From Pseudoalteromonas translucida KMM 520 (GTDB lineage: Bacteria > Pseudomonadota > Gammaproteobacteria > Enterobacterales > Alteromonadaceae): a stretch of DNA of 32,000 bases. Made by a program: the position numbers and the translations under genes. The notes beneath the pieces are model-generated. The model saw only the letters and a list, made by a program, of their open reading frames with translations. It ran no database searches and had not been told where the DNA came from. The stretch lies in assembly GCF_001465295.1 (NCBI RefSeq), contig NZ_CP011034.1:2430001-2462000 (forward strand). Direction: 5' to 3'. Position 1 is the stretch's first letter. The number at the start of each line of letters is the position of its first letter. This document shows positions 26,657 through 32,000 of this stretch, piece by piece.

Positions 26657-27427
26657 TTAGTCGACTAAACCTGGATCTAGGCGTAATTCTTTGCGCGCCA
26701 TTGCTTCCCAAACAAAAGGGAAACCGTTGTCGTCAGCAATAGATACTTTTTTAACTTCTTCATCACTTAATGGTCGTCCGCCACCTGCTAATTCCACTTC
26801 ATACGCGCGTTTACTGCGCCACTCTAAAGTAATTGCTCTTAGGTGTGCTTGGCGCAGGTTTTTACCTACCACTAACGAGCCGTGGTTTGCCAGTAATGCC
26901 CACTTAGCATCCCCAAGTGCTTCAACGGCTGACAAGCTAGTTGCTTCGTTTTCAAAGGTGCCTTCATATTCATCATAAAGTGGTAATTCAACACCACAAT
27001 ACGCACTTGCTTGGTCGTATACTGGCGGCACTTTTTGCATACAAGCCCAAATACCACTCCAATGCGGGTGATTGTGAATAACAACATGTACGTCAGGTCG
27101 CATTGCGTGTAGCTGTAAGTGCAAACCAAGAGCTGGGGTCACATTCCAATCACTATCAAGCACATTGCCCTTTGGATCTAGCGTAACGATATCGCTGGCG
27201 GTTAACTCCCCCCAAGCGAGCTCCCATGGGTTAGTTAAAATATTACCGTTTTCTAATCGGTAAGTAATATGCCCTGCAATATGCTCATCCCATCCTTCAC
27301 GAATAAGCATGCGACACATAAGCGCAACTTGCGCTTTTTCGCTTAACTCTGGTAATAATTCTTTGCGACCCGGACGAGTGGCAAAGCGCTCTAGCATTGA
27401 TTGATTAAGGCCATCATATTTTTTCAT
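26657..27427 (-). CDS. Class II aldolase/adducin-domain protein (Zn-dependent aldolase/decarboxylase/epimerase family)
   Basis: 256 aa. The Zn-ligand motif VIHNHPHW and the family motif LLANHGSLVVG are present. It sits 39 nt upstream of, and is co-directional with, the TauD gene. Confidence 0.8.
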   Translation of the reverse strand: MKKYDGLNQSMLERFATRPGRKELLPELSEKAQVALMCRMLIREGWDEHIAGHITYRLENGNILTNPWELAWGELTASDIVTLDPKGNVLDSDWNVTPALGLHLQLHAMRPDVHVVIHNHPHWSGIWACMQKVPPVYDQASAYCGVELPLYDEYEGTFENEATSLSAVEALGDAKWALLANHGSLVVGKNLRQAHLRAITLEWRSKRAYEVELAGGGRPLSDEEVKKVSIADDNGFPFVWEAMARKELRLDPGLVD

Positions 27428-27557
27428 TATTATTATACCTTTCTGTTGCTGTGCAAAATAAACATGTTAAATAATGGTTTAAATAATAGGTCTGAGTGGT
27501 TAATAAAGCTTGTCTCATTGCGCCAAGTTGTTATCCGATCTGGCCATTAACTAGCTA

Positions 27558-28574
27558 TTAGCGCACCGCAAATAACGCATGGCGAAAAGCACTTGGCGAC
27601 AACCCAGTCCATTTTTTAAAAGCGCGATGAAACCCCGAACTATCGGCATACCCAAGTTGCTGACCAATGCGGGTGATTGATAACGTAGGATCGCTCAAAT
27701 GTCGCCGCGCATGAATTTCTCTTACTTGATCTATTAGTTGTTGATAGCGCCAACCTTGTGCTAATAATTTACGGCTCAAGGTACGGCAACTACAATGCAG
27801 CTTTAGTGCTGCATCGTGCAGCGATGGTGGACTTGCCGGATCTTCAACAATTATTTGCGACAAGCGCCAAGCTATGTCGCCATGATTTCGAGTAATGCTT
27901 TTTTCTTCGCACAGTTTTTTATAAAAGTTGACACTTTCTGGGCTCGACTGCGGTAGTGGTCGATCAAGAATCGCAGCATCAAAAAATAGCTGGGTTACTG
28001 GGGCATCAAATTCGACGGGGCAATTAAAAATGGCTTGGTAACGCTCAGCATGAACTGGCGCCGGATAATTACAACGTAGTTTAGTAATAGGCAATGCTTG
28101 ACCAAGCACCCAACGACAAGTAGTAACTATATTGGCAAGCAAATCCTCTATTGCTAATACCCGCAATTCACCCAGCTCAGTTTTAGCGTCAATTTGATAA
28201 CAGCCTTCGGCTTGAATTTCACTAAAGGAGGTCACTACTAAATTTCCAGAAAACCGGCCTGAGTAATTTTGATATTTAAGCCCAATATGGCTGGCATCGC
28301 GTAGCGTCGCACTGCTCATCATTAAATATGCAAGTTGGTCGTGGGTAGCAATAGAGCGTTTTAAACCTAATATGAGCCCAAGATCGCTGCCCTCATAACA
28401 CTGCTGTGCATCAGTTAGTAAACCTCGGTGCTGTTTAGCATTAATGAGCACATTAGGTTTGTGGAGCTCACTGCGACTGATACCATTGTTGGCAGCAATG
28501 GCATTGGTATCCATTCCCAAGCTAGATAAAAAATCCAGCAACCAAATAATATAACGCGTATCAGTATTGACCAT
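27558..28574 (-). CDS. AraC/XylS-family transcriptional regulator with an N-terminal ligand-binding domain
   Basis: The C-terminus carries two HTH motifs (...LKLHCSCRTLSRKL... and ...ITRIGQQLGYADSSGFHRAFKKWTGLSPSAFR). The preferred start is the ATG at 28574 (MVNTDTRY...), preceded by GAGGGG. The track start at 28640 lacks an RBS. Confidence 0.88.
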   Translation of the reverse strand: MVNTDTRYIIWLLDFLSSLGMDTNAIAANNGISRSELHKPNVLINAKQHRGLLTDAQQCYEGSDLGLILGLKRSIATHDQLAYLMMSSATLRDASHIGLKYQNYSGRFSGNLVVTSFSEIQAEGCYQIDAKTELGELRVLAIEDLLANIVTTCRWVLGQALPITKLRCNYPAPVHAERYQAIFNCPVEFDAPVTQLFFDAAILDRPLPQSSPESVNFYKKLCEEKSITRNHGDIAWRLSQIIVEDPASPPSLHDAALKLHCSCRTLSRKLLAQGWRYQQLIDQVREIHARRHLSDPTLSITRIGQQLGYADSSGFHRAFKKWTGLSPSAFRHALFAVR

Positions 28575-28726
28575 GTTACCCCTCGTTTGTGTAATTAAAT
28601 CCAACCTTTTATCAATAACCGTTACTCTTAAATTGCACACTTATATGAAGCAATTTAATACTATTATTTGTAACATAACCGCTAGCTGTTTAAGTGTTAT
28701 GCTTTAGTCGTGTTTAACCAACATTT

Positions 28727-29188
28727 TTAGACAAACGAGTAACGGCTAATGGTATCTACCACGCAGGCTGGCCTTTGTTGCTCTGCCACTTCAATGGTTA
28801 CTCGCGTGATCACTTGCACACTGCCTTTAACTTCTTCCACACTAATTATTTGCCCTGTGCCGCGTACTTTACTGCCCGCTTTAACCACATTAGGAAAGCG
28901 TACTTTATCGCAGCCGTAATTAACTCCCATGGTTATATTTTGCACATCTACCAACTGTGGTAAAAAATAATTGACCAAAGATAAGGTTAAATAACCATGC
29001 GCAATACATGCACCAAATGGGCCTTCTGCAGCTTTAATGGGATCGACATGGATCCATTGATGATCTCCCGTTGCCTCGGCAAACATATCAATACGGCTTT
29101 GCTCTACTGCAATCCAGTCGCTTACGCCTAAATCAAGTCCGGTTGAAGCGAGTAATTGCGCTTTGCTAGTAATTATTTGATTTGCCAT
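28727..29188 (-). CDS. MaoC-like (R)-specific enoyl-CoA hydratase (hotdog fold)
   Basis: 153 aa. RBS TAGGGGG is present. The hydratase-2 motif reads GDHQWIHVDPIKAAEGPFGACIAHGYLT. It starts 8 nt after the upstream SDR stop. Confidence 0.88.
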   Translation of the reverse strand: MANQIITSKAQLLASTGLDLGVSDWIAVEQSRIDMFAEATGDHQWIHVDPIKAAEGPFGACIAHGYLTLSLVNYFLPQLVDVQNITMGVNYGCDKVRFPNVVKAGSKVRGTGQIISVEEVKGSVQVITRVTIEVAEQQRPACVVDTISRYSFV

Positions 29189-29196
29189 TTTGCCCC

Positions 29197-29982
29197 CTAA
29201 GCGCGCTGCGAACTAACAGACACAACTTCGCCTGTCATGTAAGACGAGTAATCGCTGGCTAAAAACATCATCACGTTGGCAATTTCCCACACTTCTGCAG
29301 CACGACCAAAAGCTTCTTTTGAGGCTAATTGCTCAAGTACGTCGGCGCTTGAGGCTTTTTTAAGAAATTCATGTAAAGCGATTGATGGCGATACCGCGTT
29401 AATTCGCACTCCATGCTCAGCAGCTTCTAATGCCGAGCAGCGAGTAAATGCCATAACACCGGCTTTAGCAGCGGCGTAATGTGCTTGCTCTTTTTGTGCT
29501 CGCCAACCCAATACTGAGGCATTATTAATGATTACACCTGCCTTGCGTTGTTGCATAAATGGCAGCATTGCACGGGTCATACGAAATGTACCGGTAAGAG
29601 TAATGTCCATCACCTTACTCCACTGCTCGTCGCTCATATCTACCACTGCGGTTTGACCACCTAGACCAGCATTATTAATAAGCACATCAACACCGGCAAG
29701 TTTATCCTCAGCTGCATTGATCAATACCTGAACCTGTTCTTCTTGGCTTACGTCGCACAATTGACCAAACACCTGTTGCAAACCTGTTTGCGCTTTTATA
29801 TTAGCTACAGCTTCATCTAAACGACGTGGATGAATGTCAGATATCATTAATGCCCGGCACCCTTCTTCGGCTGCACGTAATGCGGCTGAAAAGCCAATGC
29901 CCGCGCCTGCGGCGGCCGTTACTAAAACCGATTTTCCACGTAACAGGTTATGCCCTTCTACGTACTTAGGTGCTGTCGTCAT
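29197..29982 (-). CDS. Short-chain dehydrogenase/reductase (candidate 3-hydroxyacyl-CoA dehydrogenase partner of the MaoC hydratase)
   Basis: The preferred start is the ATG at 29982 (MTTAPKY...), preceded by GGAGAT. The track start at 30042 would run through the promoter box. Visible motifs are TAAAGAGIG, NNAG and the catalytic YAAAK. Confidence 0.85.
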   Translation of the reverse strand: MTTAPKYVEGHNLLRGKSVLVTAAAGAGIGFSAALRAAEEGCRALMISDIHPRRLDEAVANIKAQTGLQQVFGQLCDVSQEEQVQVLINAAEDKLAGVDVLINNAGLGGQTAVVDMSDEQWSKVMDITLTGTFRMTRAMLPFMQQRKAGVIINNASVLGWRAQKEQAHYAAAKAGVMAFTRCSALEAAEHGVRINAVSPSIALHEFLKKASSADVLEQLASKEAFGRAAEVWEIANVMMFLASDYSSYMTGEVVSVSSQRA

Positions 29983-30044
29983 TCTTATCTCCGATGTCGT
30001 GCTTATTAATTTAGCACCCAGCATAAGGCTGACGCTGAGCAACT

Positions 30045-30062
30045 ATCATCGTCAATCTGGAC
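30045..30062 (-). promoter_or_regulatory. Box copy F (minus-strand reading GTCCAgattGACGATGaT) upstream of the SDR-MaoC operon
   Basis: The box ends 62 nt before the ATG at 29982, in the same orientation relative to the gene as copies A and C. Confidence 0.6.
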
Positions 30063-30221
30063 TAACCCGATAACTATTAGCAATATAAGAATGAAATTGT
30101 GGTGTGATACACGAGCAGCATACTGAAGGCTTAAGTTAGATAACTAATTAAGGAGATAATTTTAGTGCTTATAGCAAAAAACCTATACTAGGTTTCATAA
30201 AAACTCAGCATAGGTTTTGTT

Positions 30222-30341
30222 TTAATGGAGTATTAGCGCAAGCTCGCAAGCATTTGCTTGGTTAAACCACGCCGATACTCCTAAAATTATAATAGATATA
30301 ACCACTAAACTTAATTTAACGCCGCCTTGATTAGACTTCAT
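30222..30341 (-). CDS. Hypothetical 39-aa hydrophobic small protein (below the ORF-track length cutoff)
   Basis: My hand translation gives MKSNQGGVKLSLVVISIIILGVSAWFNQANACELALILH, with one clear TM or signal-like segment. A weak GAGA RBS is present. A weak hairpin plus T-run follows on the minus strand (AAACCT/AGGTTT, 30179-30195, then TTTT). There is no comparative support. Confidence 0.3.
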   Translation of the reverse strand: MKSNQGGVKLSLVVISIIILGVSAWFNQANACELALILH

Positions 30342-30440
30342 AGTATTCTCGATATTATTTTTATTAGTAAGAATAAGTTTCATACAATAATAAAAATTAC
30401 ACCTGTTAACAAGATGTTTATCAAATCATTTTCTTTGTGG

Positions 30441-31361
30441 CTAATAGCCTTTGGTTCTATCAACACGGTTTTTAAGTGGTGTGCCATTAGTTAAGCATTG
30501 AATACTCACTTCAATTTGTTCAATAACGCAGTTAACATCTGATAATGCAGCGCAATGTGGTGTTATGGTTATTTTAGGATGCAGCCAATATGGATGCTCA
30601 CTTGGTAATGGCTCTTGATCGAACGCATCAAGCGTGGCGGCGCGTAAACTGTCACTATTAAGTGCCTGTAATAAATCATCTTCTATTACGTGCTGGCCGC
30701 GTGCTGCATTTACTAATACTGCATGAGCGGGTAATTTAGCCAATAAATCTTTGTTGATAATTCCGGCTGTGTTTTCGGTCAGCGGTAATAAGCATACTAA
30801 GTAATCTGTATTAGGCAGCATTTCGTTTAGCCCATGCTCACCATAATACATGGTCACGTTATTCACGTTTTTATGGCTTTGTGCCCACGCGCTCACGCTA
30901 AAGCCATTATCAACGAGTCTTTGCGCACAGGCTCTGCCTAATTGACCAAAACCTAAAATAGCCACTTTGTTGTGACTTAACACCCTATTTGGCTTCCATT
31001 GCGTTGCAGCTTGTTTTTGATAATATTCTTTTAATTGTAGTTTTTGCGCCAGTACGTGAGTAAGTACATACTCGGCCATATCTATTTCTAATTGGGAGTC
31101 AACAATACGCACCACTTCAACATGCTCTGGCAGCAAATCTAAATCAATGCTATCAACCCCAGCACCAAACGACGACACTACTTTTAAATTAGGTAATTGT
31201 GCCCATAGTTCTTTTGGTGCATACCAGGCTAATACAAACTCAACTTTACTGAAATCTTCACACTGTGAATATTGCTCAATGTGTATATTAGGTAAGCGTG
31301 CTTGTAACTGCGACACCAGCTTAGAATTATCACGATCCCCTATAGCAACCAAAACAGACAT
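30441..31361 (-). CDS. ghrA: D-isomer-specific 2-hydroxyacid dehydrogenase, glyoxylate/hydroxypyruvate reductase A-like
   Basis: 306 aa. RBS AAGGAA is present. NAD motif ILGFGQLG, then LPLT..T.GII, ARG.HV.EDDL, ITPH, and C-terminal VDRTKGY, which resembles the E. coli GhrA C-terminus (VDRARGY, recalled from memory). Confidence 0.8.
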   Translation of the reverse strand: MSVLVAIGDRDNSKLVSQLQARLPNIHIEQYSQCEDFSKVEFVLAWYAPKELWAQLPNLKVVSSFGAGVDSIDLDLLPEHVEVVRIVDSQLEIDMAEYVLTHVLAQKLQLKEYYQKQAATQWKPNRVLSHNKVAILGFGQLGRACAQRLVDNGFSVSAWAQSHKNVNNVTMYYGEHGLNEMLPNTDYLVCLLPLTENTAGIINKDLLAKLPAHAVLVNAARGQHVIEDDLLQALNSDSLRAATLDAFDQEPLPSEHPYWLHPKITITPHCAALSDVNCVIEQIEVSIQCLTNGTPLKNRVDRTKGY

Positions 31362-31411
31362 AGTTATTCCTTATAAAGTTAATTATACGGCAGCAAAACC
31401 CACCGCAATGT

Positions 31412-32000
31412 TTAGTGACTGCCTTCTTCGATGAAAGCTTCTTGGCTAATTTTTGCTATGTCTTTGTCTTCTTTGGTTAAAATAGTTTTTTGCCACGAAC
31501 CTTGAGCAAACCACGCATAGGTAATAAGCGCAATAACTACGTTGGTAATGGCAAATGAATACCAAATACCGTTATCTCCTAATTGCGTATGTTTAGATAA
31601 AATATACGCCGCAGGAAACTGTACAACCCCCTGTGATAACAGGGCAACTAACATAGCATTAAGCATATTGCCTGATGCCCTAAAAGCAGCCACGACACAA
31701 AGTTGTACACCAATTCCCCCCCAAGTTAAACACATTATGCGAATAAAACTTGCGCCTTTAGCGATTACAGCCCCATCATCGGGAATAAAAAATGCAACTA
31801 AAACCTCGGCAAAATAATAGGCTAATCCCCCTACAAACGATAGGCCTAGTAAGCCCCACAAACTAGCTAGCTGGGTTATTTGCGCAGCGCGCTTGGGGTT
31901 TCCTGCGCCCATATTTTGCCCCACTAATGTAGACACGGCCATCGACAAACCCATTGCTGGGATCATCACCATTTGTAAAACATTGGAGCCAACACCGTAA
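31412..32000 (-). CDS. MATE-family efflux transporter, C-terminal part (N-terminus beyond the window end)
   Basis: The frame stays open to nt 32000. Polytopic hydrophobic sequence carries MATE-like segments (VSTLVGQNMGAGNPKRA..., FRASGNMLNAM...). Confidence 0.8.
   Translation of the reverse strand, partial: YGVGSNVLQMVMIPAMGLSMAVSTLVGQNMGAGNPKRAAQITQLASLWGLLGLSFVGGLAYYFAEVLVAFFIPDDGAVIAKGASFIRIMCLTWGGIGVQLCVVAAFRASGNMLNAMLVALLSQGVVQFPAAYILSKHTQLGDNGIWYSFAITNVVIALITYAWFAQGSWQKTILTKEDKDIAKISQEAFIEEGSH

Noticed and set aside
28575-28640. N-terminal extensions of the AraC regulator (to 28640) and of the SDR (29983-30042)
   Set aside because: The internal ATGs at 28574 and 29982 have good RBSs (GAGGGG, GGAGAT). 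The longer SDR form would run through most of the distance to the conserved promoter box just upstream, leaving almost no room for a promoter and 5' leader.
28629-28657. 8-bp inverted repeat TAAATTGC-N13-GCAATTTA between the MaoC gene and the AraC gene
   Set aside because: It is AT-rich with a long spacer. It has no T-tract for a terminator, and no second copy elsewhere in the window. It could be an AraC autoregulatory site but is unsupported.
1-32000. Search for mobile elements, CRISPR repeats, tRNA/rRNA, defence or toxin-antitoxin modules
   Set aside because: I saw no transposase, integrase or recombinase-like ORF, no regularly spaced direct repeats, no tRNA-like cloverleaf candidates in the few intergenic gaps, and no small paired ORFs typical of TA systems. 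The window reads as a metabolic island.

Overview
This is an AT-rich, almost fully coding window from what looks like a marine gammaproteobacterium. The codon usage resembles Alteromonadales, but the taxon cannot be proven from the sequence alone. I see about 25 genes in about 11 transcription units and no rRNA, tRNA, CRISPR array, transposase or integrase. The gene content matches an aerobic 9,10-seco steroid or bile-salt catabolic island. It includes a 3-oxosteroid Delta1-dehydrogenase (KstD/TesH-like), a second KstD-family flavoprotein (Delta4(5alpha)/TesI-like candidate), a 3alpha-hydroxysteroid dehydrogenase/carbonyl reductase-like SDR, and a KshA-like Rieske oxygenase. It also carries the meta-cleavage lower pathway (hydratase, acylating acetaldehyde dehydrogenase, 4-hydroxy-2-oxovalerate aldolase), two acyl-CoA synthetases, an adjacent acyl-CoA dehydrogenase pair, a thiolase, several SDRs, a MaoC hydratase and an aldehyde dehydrogenase. 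A TonB-dependent receptor and two paralogous MFS transporters are likely uptake components. Three things deserve follow-up. (1) A flavin-reductase domain is fused to a MarR-like winged-helix domain, and its gene overlaps the next gene by an ATGA junction. (2) An 18-bp box, GTCCA-N4-GACGATGnT, recurs in the same orientation 56-67 nt upstream of three operon start codons, and a perfect palindromic relative sits nearby. (3) A TauD/TfdA dioxygenase plus class II aldolase/adducin operon lies next to an AraC-type regulator, with no assigned step in the canonical steroid pathway. The partners expected for the flavin reductase and the KshA-like oxygenase, and the upstream meta-cleavage enzymes (hsaA/tesA2, hsaC/tesB, hsaD/tesD, kshB), are absent from the window. 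All functional calls come from reading motifs in the translations. No database search was run.
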